DNA from: Pristiophorus japonicus
Lineage: Eukaryota
NCBI RefSeq assembly: GCF_044704955.1
Contig: NC_091999.1
Span: 10,292,001 to 10,356,000, forward strand
Direction of reading: 5' to 3'
DNA length: 64,000 bases
Within the stretch, counting starts at the first letter, position 1, and each line of letters opens with the position of its first letter. Below the pieces are notes generated by a model that had not been told where the DNA came from, searched no databases, and was given only the letters and a program-made list of their open reading frames with translations. Shown here piece after piece: positions 14,260 to 27,209 of the stretch. A program made the translations under genes and the position numbers.

Positions 14260-14691
14260 ATGAATGAAATTTAAACTTTCAATGTTTTGATTTTGGTGAG
14301 TGAATTGTGCAGAAAAGCATTAATCGTTAAAACATATTTCTTCGTTCTAATTTTCTGTCTCTTTTGTATTAGTAGTAATGGGCGGCGAGGCTGTGATCCA
14401 CCAACCACAGCTGATATTTGCACAAAGGAGAATCGATTGAAATCTAGTGCAATGCCAGCACCAGCGGTTCTGAAGGTATATTCTGGTGCAGATAACTACA
14501 GAACCGTCGTCTGAAATTTAGCATATTTACCATACTGGACAACGCCACAGATGGACGATTCAAATCTTCATTGACCCAGAAGAAGTTAATACATTCTCAA
14601 TATGGACAGCACCGCGATCTCAGACGCTGAATTTTATTACTGTGCAGTGAGGCATAGTGAGATAAAGGCTGGGCGCTCCAGTATAATATCT
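14260..14691 (+). pseudogene. TCR V pseudogene, family B; RSS CATAGTG-23-ATAATATCT
   Basis: Stop in leader, frameshifts in V, ends YYCAVR; paralog of 10927 and 30413. Confidence 0.85.
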
Positions 14692-15442
14692 ACTGCACGT
14701 TCCCATCAGAAAATCTAAACATCCTTTCTCTTCTCTCATGAAGGGATAGACTCATTTGTGGTGTACAGTTCCATTCATCGAGAAGTAAAGGATTAATCTT
14801 ATTTACGGCAAAATGGTAACTCTTTTGGGCTGTGCATTTCCACATGCTCTATTCTTCTTGGAAAGGAATGGTTATTCAGACTGAGCTGAATACTATTAAT
14901 TTAACTTGCTACTCATTTCTGATCATGTTGCAATTAATTTCATTCATATAATAGGTGGCTTTTATCGAATTTATCATGTCCTTGTGTTCAAATTCCTCAA
15001 TACGCGCTGGCCTTCTATCTCCCCTTTTCTATTGGTTGTGGTTATTTCTAATAGTAAGTGAGCATCTATTTCAATGGGAGACTCCCAGACTGGTACGAGA
15101 AGTAAATTAACTATTTCCCTGCACTGCCGCACCTCATCTGCTAAAGAGCCAAACATTGGGTTTAATTCCCGTTCAGTTGTCTTTTGTGAGGAGAACAATT
15201 TCATTCCATTCCGCGCTCCTCGCTCTGATGTCATGAATTGGAGAACAAAAGGAGCTTGGAGATGATTCGTTGAATTGGAGAGCATAGAACACGTGAGGTG
15301 ATTGGATAATACCTGCTGACTCTTCCAGGAATGAACCAATCAGCAACGACACCAGATATTAATCAACATCTTCGCAACTCTTGACTAAAATAATTTCAGG
15401 TTCACCCGTTCTGTTCAAATTTGCCGCATACTATCTGTAAAC

Positions 15443-15948
15443 ATGTTGGGTGTCACTTTTTACTCAGCCGTCACAGCTGCAGCTCTCTTAACTGGTAAAA
15501 ATTAAAGTTACACAATGTTCCTCTTCCAGGTGTCATTGCCAACCTTTTAACGGTGCTGTCTCTGTATTTGCAACGTATTCTGTCACATGATGATTTAGTT
15601 ATAATTAAATTATGAAAACATGTTCATATATTTCTGCAGGTGTTAGTGGTGCAGACTCTGTCTCAAAACGGCCGGTTACACTGATGCAGTTTGAAGGAGA
15701 CTCGGTGACAATTAATTACAGCTTTTCTACGACTGCTGGTTCGTATTCCTTACAACTCTACCGTCAGGATAGGAATAAAGGTCCCAAAATCCTAATCATC
15801 CGTCCTTCCTTTGGGGATGTTGTCAGGGCACCGGGGCTCAATTTTATGCATCTCTCGATACTTCGAAAAGGGAGGGAAACTTCACCATCGGCGGTCTGCG
15901 GCTGACAGACACAGTGATAGGAATCGGACGGTGCCTCATACAATAAGA
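15443..15948 (+). pseudogene. TCR V pseudogene, family C (intact leader 15443-15494, exon from 15640); RSS CACAGTG-23-ACAATAAGA
   Basis: GADSVS..EGDSVTINYSF..LQLYRQ; frameshift in FR3 and YYC region deleted. Confidence 0.85.
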
Positions 15949-16289
15949 CTGCTGCCTTCTGACATGGTCAACGGAATAGTGCGCAAAGTGGATAGAACTT
16001 ATCGCAGGAGAGTCTCCATGTAAACCAAACAAATAGACAGCTACCCAACTAACAATACAGAACTGGTGTAAAATGTATTATTATTATTAATAATAATCTT
16101 GCAGTTAATTTCATAATGCATTTTCTGGTTGCACAATGCTTACAATCTCTGTTCATTTCATTGACACATCAACTTTAAATCTTAGTGAAAAGTATATAAA
16201 GCAGTTTCATATTCAGTGTCAGAATCGCACTCAGACCTGCCGCTCCAATTTGCAGGAGATGAAATAAATGGAGATATACTTCCAGTAAC

Positions 16290-18190
16290 GTTTAACATTA
16301 AAACATAGGAACATAGAATATAAATGCAGGAGTAGGACATTCGGCCCTTCGAGCCTGCACCATCATTCAATAACATCATGGCTGATAATTCCCTCAGTTC
16401 CCCTTTTCTGCTTTCTCTCCATACCCCTTGATCCCCTTAGCTGAAAGGGCCATATCGAACTCACTCTTGAATATATCCAATGAAGTGGCATCAACAAAAT
16501 TCTGCGGCAGGGAATTCCATAGGTTAACAACTCTCTGAATGAAGACGTTTCTCCTCATCTGAGTTCTAAATGGCCGACCCCTTATCCGAAGACAGTGTCT
16601 CCTGGTTCTGGACTTCCCCAACATCGGGAACATCCTACCCACATCTAGTCTCTCGCGTCGCATTAGAATCTTGCATGTTTCTATGAGATCCCCTCTCATC
16701 CTTCTAAAATCCAATGTATAAAGGCCCAGTTGATCCAGTCTCTCCTCATATGTCAGTCGAACCATCCCGGGAATCATTCTGATGAAGGTTCGCTGCACGC
16801 ACTCAATTGCAAGAACGTCCTTCCTCAGGTTAGGAGACAACAACTGAACACATTATTCCAGGTGAGGCCTCACCAAGGCCCTGTGCAACTGCAGTAAGAC
16901 TTCCCTGCTCGTTTACTCAAATCACCTAGCTATGAAGGCCAAGATACCATTTGCCTTCGTCACCACCTGGTGTACCTGTATGCCAACTTTCAATGACCGA
17001 TGAACCATGACACGTTGCACCTCCCCATTTCCTAATGTGCCACCTTTCCGAAATTATTTTTTCTTCGCGTTTTTGCTCTCAAAGTGGATAACCTCACATT
17101 TATCCACATTATACTGCATCTGCCATGCATTTGTCCACTCACCTAACCTGTCCAATTCAGCCTGCAGCCTCCTAGCTTCCCCCTCACAGCTCACACCGCC
17201 ACCAGTTGAGTGTCATCTGCAAACTTGGAGATATTACACTCAATTCCTTCATCCAAATCATTGATGTATATTGTAAAGAACTGGGGTCCCAGCACTGAAC
17301 CCTGCGGCACTACACCATTCACTGCCTGTCATTCTGAACAGGATCCGTTTATCCAGACTCTCTACTTCCTGTCTGCCAACCAGTTCTCTCTCCACTTCAG
17401 TATATTATCCCCAATACCATGTGCTTTGTGTGGGGCCTTGTACAAAGCCTTTTGAAAGTCCAAATTGACCACATCCACTGGTTCTCCCTTGTCCACTCCA
17501 CTAGTCACATCCTCAGAAAATTCTAGAAGATTTGTCAAGTATGATTTCCGCTTCATAAATCCATGCTGACTTGGACCGATCCTGTCACTGCTTTCCAAAT
17601 GCGCTGCTATTTCATTCTTAATAATTGATTCCAACATTTTCCCCACTACTGATGTCAGCCTAACCAATCTATACTTAACCGCTTTCTCTCTCCCTCCCTT
17701 TTTAAAAGGTGGTGTTACATTAGCTACCCTCCAGTCCATTGTAACTGATCCAAATTCTATAGCTTGTTGGAAAATGATCACCAATGCATCCACCATTTTT
17801 AGGGTCACTTCGTTAAGTTCTCTGGGATGCAGACGATCAGGCTCCGATAATTTATCGGCCTTCAATCCCATCAATTTCCCTAAGACAATTTCCTGCCTAA
17901 AAAGGATGCCCTTCAGTTCCTCCTTCTCACTATTCCCTCGGTCCCCTAGTTCTTCCGGAAGGTTACTTGTGTCTACCTTAGTGTAGACAGAGCCAAATTA
18001 TTTGTTCAATTGTTCTGCCATTTCTTTGTTCCCCATTATACATTCACCTGAATCCGACTGCAAGGGAACTACTTTTGTCTTCACTAATCTTTTTCTCTTC
18101 ACATATCTATAGAAGCTTTTGCATTCAGTTTTTATGTTTCTGGCAAGCTTGTTCTCGTCCTCTAATTTCCTCCCTCTTAATTAAACCCTT
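16290..18190 (-). mobile_element. CR1 LINE, 5'-truncated
   Basis: ORFs 17362-17874 and 16394-16843 are CR1 RT (QHGF, LDFQKA, RRMRGDLIE). Confidence 0.92.
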
Positions 18191-18586
18191 TAGGAGACCA
18201 TAGAGGCGTCAAAAAACCTTCAGAACAACGAGGTCTCCCCTGAAATGTGACCCCGTGAGATTCAGGATCCACCCTTAGTGGATGGCCAGGACGCTGACTG
18301 TACCAGAACACATTATGTGCAGCACCGCTGATTTTCAATGTGTAGGTTAGTATGACATTACTTTCGTCTTCAACCATCATTTCAGGAACTGGCTGTTCCA
18401 CTGTGTCTTGTTGTCTCCATACTGACATGAAATAATAGTGGTAGTAATTATCCTCGCCATCATCACATGACCAATAATAACATCTGGATTACAGCAGTCA
18501 AAGGGATAATGGATTTTTAGCAGGAGGACAATACTGACTGAGAAGCGATTGTAAATGACCAGGAGCAGTGCGAGACGCTTCCACAT
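18190..18586 (-). pseudogene. Truncated TCR V pseudogene (QQDTVEQ family)
   Basis: Frameshifted leader MWKRLALLLVI; QQDTVEQP..VFWYSQ; 3' half missing. Confidence 0.8.
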
Positions 18587-19297
18587 GATGATACTTGAGT
18601 CTGTAACTGCGCAGTCCGGAAATCCTCTGTCGGAGCAGAAATATAGACAGGGCCCAACTGCACACCTGATTCAAACAATGCCAAACAGGGAACCGAGGAA
18701 GCAATCTCTCAAATAGCACAGGCCTACAAAGGAGGATCAGAAGGAGAGCAGCAAATGGATTATTTGTGTGCAGCTGCCGCAGACACAAAATTGATTGAAT
18801 TCAATTCTATGTATAACCACACAAATTGCACAGCGCCGCTCAGCTGTACGTGGAGCACATGGGGCAGAAAGGGCGGCGGTTGGGTCGAGAAGTCTATGGT
18901 CTAACTGCTTCTGCTTACTGAGCAAGTGACAGGGAATAAACGGAGTTTGGGGGAAATGAAGATATTGCACAGCTTCAGAAATAATAAGCAGCTTTATTCA
19001 GTTCTAATCTATAGCGTTGAAACGCGATATCTGGCACATGTGTTTTATATATAATCAACAAACCCGAAATCCCCACAACGAACTTATTCTGAATAAATTA
19101 CGCCAACAGAGGACGCCAATATGAAAATGGTCATTAGAGAGTCACGTGATGCAAATACCAATGGCAACAGCGATCGAAGCCTCAGTGATGTCACATTGGG
19201 GCCGCACCCTGCAGTGCGATGGTCGAAAAATGGAACAGGACACGGTTTATTTATCACCTTCTCAATCTCTACCTCATTCAATTCAAATCTCTGTGAC

Positions 19298-19854
19298 ATG
19301 TTGCTAATAATCCTGGCGAGTGTGTTGGACCGTAAATGTTGCATTATATTAAACAACACAGGTTAACTGATTAATGCAAACAGGTCGTGCAGGGTATCGG
19401 TGCAATTCGTAATCATAAATATTAATATGATGGTCAGCTGTGTAGATGGGAGAATAAACACACTGGCACAGATAGGCACAAGTTTGAATCGGTGCTGGTA
19501 AACTTCCTGTTCTTTAACTCCCCAATCTTCACAGGCGAACTTTGTACAGATCCAGCAAATCAGTCTCTGTTGACAATTGCTCTGTCAGCAGGGGGTTCAG
19601 TGAGGTTAGATTGTGAACATACAAACCCGGATATTTGCTACATGGAAATCTATTGGCAGAAACCGGCACAGCACCCAAGCTGGATAATTAGCAAAGTGGC
19701 AGCAGTGGAGGGTGTCGAAATCTCTGGTGAACGCTAACTACTCTAGAAATACGGTTAATTCAAGATAAACGGCCTGAGTGGGGTGGATGGGACGGCCCAT
19801 TATTGTGCCGTGAGGCACTGGATCAGATAAAAGCAAAGGCTTCGTTCAAAAACC
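19298..19854 (+). pseudogene. TCR V pseudogene, family D; RSS CACTGGA-23-TCAAAAACC
   Basis: Leader MLLIILASVL; exon from 19535 GGSVRLDC..YWQKP..stop..HYCAVR. Confidence 0.8.
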
Positions 19855-19899
19855 TCAGTGAGCATTAGCAGCTCCATTACTTCATCGTTGTTGTGTTTA

Positions 19900-20300
19900 T
19901 CTATGGATTTAGCTTGATCCCAAAGTCACGGAGACCGAACACTGTCAGGTTGCTAGATCATAGAGTTGTATTCGTATCCTTCTCTTTGTCCAAATCAGCA
20001 GAGAAGCGGTGTGGGAAATCTGGAGAACTTTCTCGGTTCTTACAAGCGATATTGAAGTACGAACAGAGAGAGGAAAAACGATCCGAAATGGAGATTCAGT
20101 TTAACGGTCTGATCTTCCAGAACCGATAATTCAGACGGATCAAGGGACACTGGGTCTGCGCTACTCATTCCTGAATCAAAATTTAGACTGTCTTAGAATT
20201 CTGGGACTAAATATCACCCATGAAGCACATGCGAATCATTGAAGCAAAGACACACCGGGCATGATGACCATTATCATCAGTAAGTAATATGGGAGCAGAA
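19900..20300 (-). pseudogene. Degenerate TCR V pseudogene related to the 6342/22447 family
   Basis: ADPVSLDPSELSVLE..PDFPHRFSADLDK with stops and frameshifts; leader relic without ATG. Confidence 0.7.
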
Positions 20301-20527
20301 GGTATCTGGTTTAGAGTTCGACAGAACATAGCAACGTTTTGATGCTATGTTGATCCTTCTCGTTTGGAATTAAAGGGTAAACTGAGACCAGGGGCAGGCT
20401 TCACATATTTGCAGACTGAGGGGCGGTTTCCAGGGTCAGTGTTATAAATCACATAGCGCTCTGTTAACGGCACAGGTTGTGAGCGATTAGCTCCACCCCA
20501 ACCCGCATCCCCACCCCGAGCTGGACA

Positions 20528-20566
20528 GGTTTCTGTACGTTCTGTGCTGATCTTTGCCGCACTGTG
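20528..20566 (-). promoter_or_regulatory. Orphan RSS CACAGTG-23-ACAGAAACC with no V exon attached
   Basis: Near-perfect RSS; the paralogous RSS at 35391-35429 is attached to a V. Confidence 0.85.
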
Positions 20567-22014
20567 TAACCGTACGACATGGGCTTTATTCTATCTTCAT
20601 CAAAAACCCCTTTAAATACAGTTATATTTCCCAGTGCCACACGTTGCACTGAATAAATTGAGCAACTTTCCGATAGGAATATCTAACAGATGATGAGGGA
20701 GTATGCCCTGCAATTGTGCTGCTGGTAAACGGGACCGAAGGAATTAATTGACTGACAGCATTTTGATTCCGCCCCTGCTTCAGCTCATAGTCCGATTAAA
20801 CCCTCATCCATGCCTTTGATACCTCTAAGCTAGACTATTCCATGCTCCACTGACCGGCCTCCCAGGGTGCACCCACCGTAAACGTTAGCTCATCCAAAGC
20901 TCTGCTGCCTGTATCATAACTCTTGCCAAGTTCTGTTGGCCCATCACGTCTGTGCTCGCTGACCTACATTGGCTCCCAGTCTGACAATGCCTCGTGTTTA
21001 AAATTTACATTCTTGTTTAAAAATATCCACATTGTCTCGCTCCTCTCTATTTCTGGGCCCTCCTCCAGCGCTCCCAGCCTCAAGATCTCTGCACTGTGGA
21101 AGAGAGAAAAAAATGAAATATGTTTGGTCGACAATTATGTCAGAAAGGCTCCACATAAGCCCGATGCTGAGTAGCCAAATTGAAGTTGTATACTCTCTAA
21201 AATAATTTTTGGATGTTTGGAGTCATACGTTTTCATCCCCATCCTCAATAATCTGCAATCATGTCTCAGCATGCTCTCACCGCACTTCCTTGTGTCCTCA
21301 GTCGTGCAATGAGGCCGGTAGGTGGGGGACTGGCTACCAGTCAATGAAAACACACTGAGCTGTGCCACAGTCTGTGTCCTAAGAAGGGTATGGTTAAAAT
21401 TGTAGAGACAGGGAGTGGGAACGAGTCACTTGGCTGTGTGTTGCAAACGAGAAGCTGCGGGATTCTTAATGGTAACAGAAAACATTCCAGAATTAAGAGA
21501 CTTCCTGAAGGACGTTGGAGATTGGGAGAACTCTGTGCTTGGGGCTTGTATGGAAGAGGGTAGTAACGACGTTGTGAAATCTGTTGATTGTGTATGAACA
21601 GACTCCGACCCAGCAACATACTCTGATCAAATAAAGTCTGTGTACAGGCCAAATCACAGGGTCTTGGAAACTAACAGAGGACATGTGTAAACAGATGCAC
21701 AATACTGGTGGTTGGTACCGAAAGAGCATCAAAGGATAAAGTGGAAATTAAGGTGACAGAAGTGGATTTATAAGTTCATTTTTAGTACAAATACGAGTTT
21801 AAGTCACTTAATAAAATTCTACAAGTGGACCTCACCCCTTCTTGTTCAGAGTTGTGTTTTGTCACCCTTTTAAGAAGGTCCCTATTACTCTCACTTTGGA
21901 GGTTAAGTTTTCACTTCTGTTTGTCAGTGTGAGGGCGCCCTCTGGTGAGCACTGATTTTGGAATTCTCAGTTTGAGTTTTTGTCCGGGGTCTGCTATATC
22001 TCTGCAGTAGTGTG

Positions 22015-22447
22015 GGCTGCATGGCACAGAAATACACGGCGGCATCGGAGACAAGCGTCCCAGCGATATTTGAAGGAACCGTTTTATTCATTTTGTTCAT
22101 ATCAGCAGAGAACCTATCTGGGAAACCTGGAGACTTTACTCTGCCTTCTGAGCTATATCTCGTCAGTAAATATCTCGGAGCTTCCCTGGGATATTGTATG
22201 TACCAGAACAGAGTTAAACCAGCTCTCGAGTAACTGCAGCTCAGTATTGTGTTCTGTCCTTCCTGAACCGTTAATTCAGACGGATGCTGGAGCACATTAT
22301 CTTCACCACTGACTTCTGTAACAAATCAGAGAATGTATCAAAACTTCTGCGCGTGAATATAACCCATGGAACTCAAACTTGCCATTTAAACGTGGATTCA
22401 CCGGGCAGCACGAACATTATTATTAGGAAGAAACATGGGGAGTACAT
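22015..22447 (-). CDS. TRAV: TCR alpha/delta V segment, apparently functional (leader 22447-22402, V exon 22315-22015)
   Basis: Leader MYSPCFFLIIMFVLP; EDNVLQHP..ILSC..WYIQ..DAAVYFCAM; RSS CACACTA-24-ACAAAAACT at 22014-21975. Confidence 0.88.
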
Positions 22448-22709
22448 AGTGAATTGTATCGCGTTCGACAGAAAATAGCAGAATGTTCTCAATATTCTTG
22501 ACGTTTATTCAGGATTAAACGTCGGTCTGGCGCAGATGTCACTGATTGGGTGACTGAGGGGCGTTTCCCAGGCACAGGATTGGCTATTCTCTATGAACCG
22601 ACAATTGTGTGAACCAATCAGTTGCGGACTAATTACTTTCTTTGTCTATTTCTTTTTCTGTCTCTCTCTTTGGCTATGTCTCTACCTCTCCCTTTGTTTC
22701 GGCGATGTT

Positions 22710-25075
22710 AAGCTAAGGTCGTGTCTGACTAACTTGATTAAATTTTTTGAAAAGGTGACAAGGATTCTCGAGGAACCAGTATGTTCGATGTCGTCTACAT
22801 GAATTTTAGCAAGGATTTTGAAAAGGTGCCACGTGGCAGGCTGAACAAAAAGTTAAAGCCCATGGTAGAATGGCAAATTGGATCAAACATTTGCTCAGTG
22901 GGAGAAAGCAAAGTGTAATAGTTGGCGAGTGCTTTTTGGGTTGGATGGTTGTTTCTAGTGAAGTTCCACCGGGCTCAGTGCTCGGTCACTTGCTGGCTGT
23001 AATATATATTAATACTTTATGCTTAAATGTAGGGTGCATGATAAAGAGGTTTGCAGATAATACAAATATTGGCCTTGTGGTTGACAGTGAGGAACAAAGC
23101 CTTAGACTGTCGGAATATATCGATCAACTGGTCAGAAAAATGGAAAATGGAATGCAATCGGGAGAAGTGTGAGGTCATGCTATTGGGGAAGTGCAACAAG
23201 AAAATGGATCGCATAACAAATGGAGGGTACTGAGAGGTGTGGAGGTACGGAGGGATATAAGAACATGAGGGGGTTACCTTATGATGATAGATTGAGTAGA
23301 CTGGGTATTTACTCGTTGGAGTTCAGAAGGATGAGGGGTAATCTTACAGAAACATTTAAAATAATGAAAGGGATAGACACGATAGAGGCAAAGAGGTTGT
23401 TCCCACTGATAGGGGGGACGAGAACGAGGGGGTACAGCCTCAAAATATGGAGTAGCCAATTTAAAACCGAGTTGAGAAGGAATTTCTTCTCCCAGAGGGT
23501 TGTGAATCTGTCAAATTCTCTTGCCAAGGAAGCAGTTGAGGCTAGCTCATTGAATGTATTCAAGTCACAGATAGCTATATTTTTAACCGATTAGGGAATT
23601 AAAGGTTATGGGGAGTGGGCAGGTAAGTGGAGCTGAGTCCACGGCCAGATCAGCCATGATCTTGTTGAATGGCGGAGCAGGCTTGAGGGGCTAGATCGCC
23701 TACTCCTGTTCCTAATTCTTATATAACATAAGAACATAAGACATGGGAACAGGAGTATGCCACGTGGCCCCTCGAGCCTGCTCTGCCATTCAATCAGATC
23801 ATGGCTGACCTGATCATGGACTCAGCCCCACTTCCCCGCCTGCTCCCCATAAACCCTTAACCGCTTATCGTATAAAAAACTGTTTCTGTCTTAAATGTAT
23901 TCAATGTCCCAGTTTCTACAGCTCTTTGAGGCAGCGAATTAAACAGATTTACAACCCTCTGAGAGAAGAATTTCTCCTCATCTTTGTTTTAAATGGGCGG
24001 CCCCTTATTCTAAGATTATGCCCTCTAACTCTGATTTACCCCATCTCTGCATCCACCTTGTCAATCCTCCTCATAATCTCATACGTTTCGATAGGATCAC
24101 CTCTCATTCTTCTGAATTCCAATGAGTAGAGGCCCAAACGACTCAAACTTTCCTCATAAGTCAACCCCCTCATCTCTGGAATCAACCGAGTGAACCTTAT
24201 CTGAACTACCTCCAGAGAAAGGATATCCTTTCTTAAATATGGAAAACAAAACTGCACGCAATATTCCAGGTGTGGCCTCAGCAATACCTTCTATAGCTGT
24301 CGGAAGACTTCCCTGTGTTTATACTCCACCGCCTTTGCAATAACGGCCAAGATAACATTGTCCTTCCTGCTCATTTGCTATACCTGCATAAGATCCTTTT
24401 GTGTTTGATGCAGAAGTACCCCAAGTCTCCGCTGTACTGCAGCACTTTGCAATCTTTCTCCATTTAAATAATAACTTGCCTCTTGATTTTTTCTGCCAAA
24501 GAGCTATCGCAGAACTGTATACAAAACGAGTTAGTCCACAGCTTGAGTTCTGCATACAGATCTGGTCACCACATTACAGGAAATATATAACTGCATTTGA
24601 CAGCGTACAGAGGAGGTTGCCAGGACTGGAAAAGTTTTAGCTATGAGGAAAGATTGGATAGGCTGGTGTTGTTTTCTTTCGACCAGAGGAGGCTGAGGGA
24701 AAACTTAATTAAGGTGCATAGATTTATGAGGAGCCTAGATATAGTAGATAGGAATGACCTACTCCCTTAGCAAAGGGTCAATAACCAGGGGTGATAGGAT
24801 CAAAGTGGTTTGTAGAAGGATTAGAGGCAAGATGAGGAAAAGTAAATTCACCTAGAGGGTGGTGGGGGTCTGGAACTCACTACCAGAAAGTGTGGTTGAG
24901 GCAGAAACACTCATCACTTTTAAAAAGTACTTGCATGTTCACTGAAAGAGCCGTGCCTGACAGGGTTGTGTACATAATGCCGGAAATTGGGAACAGGCAG
25001 GATATCTATTTGTCAACACGATGGATTGAATGGCCACCCTTGTATGTTGTAATCTATGACTCTATGATTCTACCG
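22710..25075. mobile_element. Nested CR1 LINE fragments in both orientations
   Basis: ORFs 22870-23172, 23220-23594 and 24036-24284 carry CR1 RT motifs. Confidence 0.88.
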
Positions 25076-25819
25076 TGTCTATGTGTGTCACTCTCTTCCG
25101 TTCGCTCTCCCTGCTGTGTTACGATATGCCTGAATCTCTAGCTTCAACACAACAAGGTGCTCCATTGATAGTATCAGTTATAATATATAAAACATAACTA
25201 AAGCTCAGTAACATATTTAAAATGGCAGCACTCACAGCAAGATCCAAACGTTTATTCATTAAGCAGGGATCATCAGACGGTTCTACACCCTCTGTATGTG
25301 CTGCGGTTCCTCAGAGTTGAATCTATGTCATTGCATGTTGTTTTGACCGAGCTTCATTCATCAGTTGTGTCTTGGATATTAAAAATAAATAAAGGGAATC
25401 AACAAAATTTAAGCTGAAGTTGCCATTAACGCAGGGTTTTTCTCTTTCTGCACTAAAGTGTACAATAATAATAGAAAAAAAAACAAGAACAATGTGTCAT
25501 AATCGTTCAACAACATCCACCTGTCGTTCGAGAATTCCGTGTTGCCTCAAAAGAGTTTTCTCAGGCAGATGGCTGGTTACCTCATTTCGCCACCAGAGGG
25601 AGCTCCGGCATGTGCCTGCGGTTTCACTGCAGTAAATCAGTCACAAGATCACAAGTTTATGGAGGATGAGTAACGCCGTTCGTCCAATCATAATTTAATC
25701 TTCCAGAAACGCGACACACTAAAAGATGCTTTATTTGTTAATAGGTGCTTATTAATCTTGATATTCAACGTGATTTGCGTACCAAGCACAGAAAGTTATC
25801 ATGTATTTACAACAAGCTT

Positions 25820-27000
25820 TGGAAGACAAATGGTATATTAATCTTTATTGCAAGGCGTTAGAGGATAAGAGTTAGGAAATCTTGCTGCAAATAAATTGAC
25901 TCTTGGTGATACCATACCGGGAGTACTGTGTTCAGTTTTGTTCTCCTTATCGGAGAAAGGAAGTACTTGCCATATGGTCAACGACGGTTCCCTAGATTTA
26001 ATTCCTGTCAAGAAAAGGCTCTTCTATGAGAAGAGGTTTCATGGAATTATATTATCTGCCTTTTAGAAGAATGAGAGGTGATCTCATTGAAACGTATGAG
26101 ATTTTTAGAGATCTTGATTTGATAGATGCTGGACGGTTGTTTCCCTTGCCTGAAGAATCCAGAACTAGGGTTCATAAGAACATAGAACATAAGAAATATG
26201 AGCACGAGTAGGCTTTTTGGCGCCTCACACCTGCCCCACCATTCAATAAGATCATTGCTGACCTGATCATGTGCTCAGCTCTACTTCCCTGCCCGCTCCC
26301 CTTAACCCATCACTTCCTTACGGCCCCAAAATATGTCTATCTCCATCTTAAATATATTCAATGTCCCAGCCTCCACAGATCTCTTGGGCAGAAAATTCCA
26401 CAGATGTACAACTATTTGAGAGAACAATTCCTCCTCATCTCAGTTTTAAATGGGCGCCACATTATTCTGAAACTATGGATCCTAGTTTGAGATTCCCCCA
26501 GAATGGAAACGTCCTCTCTGCATCTACATTGTCGAGACCCCTCAGTGTCTTATATATCTCAAAAAGATAAAGTCTCATTATTTTGAACTCCAATGAGTCC
26601 AAGCCCAACCTGCTCAACCTTTCTTCATCTTCATCTCAGGAATCAATCTCGTGAACATTGTCTGAACTGCCTTCAATGCAAGTATATCCCTCCTTAAATA
26701 TGGAGAAGAAAACTGCACGCATTACTCTAGGTGTGGGCTCACCAGTAATCAGTACAGTTGTAGGAGGAATTCTCTGCTTTTATACTCGACCCCCTTGCAA
26801 TAAAGGCCAACATTCAATTTGCCTTCCTGCCTATTTGCTGTAACTGCATACTAACCTTTTATGCTTCATGCACATGGACTCCCAGGTCCCTCTGCACTGC
26901 AGCATTTTGCAATTTCATCCATTTAAATAAGAATTTGCTTTTTTATTATTTCTGCCCAAGTGGATAACCTCACACTTTCCCACATACTCCATAGTCTCAG
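25820..27000. mobile_element. CR1 LINE fragments (plus-strand piece followed by a minus-strand 3' end)
   Basis: RRMRGDLIETY motif; cataagaa tail. Confidence 0.8.
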
Positions 27001-27209
27001 ACTCTTTGCGGAACCGGTAACAATATCCTCGCACGGGTGGTGGTGGTTGCTAATGCTGATGGGGAGGATGTGAATAAGCTTGACACGGTGGTGGGAACCC
27101 GAGAGTAGATTCAGAAGGAAGATAAGCAACGATGGAATTTGATAGCAGCAAATGTGAAAATTAAATTGTAGGCAGGGGAAACAAAGGCTGGAAAATAAAT
27201 GGTGTTTGG

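Larger units (their letters stand above)
20790..25425 (-). repeat. Inverted segmental duplicate of ~3446-7980 (V gene plus flanking LINEs)
   Basis: Colinear reverse-complement similarity, e.g. 3451-3540 with 25330-25425 and 7690-7740 with 21030-21100. Confidence 0.88.

Noticed and set aside
20560-20608. Possible D segment or signal joint (second nonamer-like tcaaaaacc at 20600-20608)
   Set aside because: No heptamer at 12- or 23-nt spacing from that nonamer
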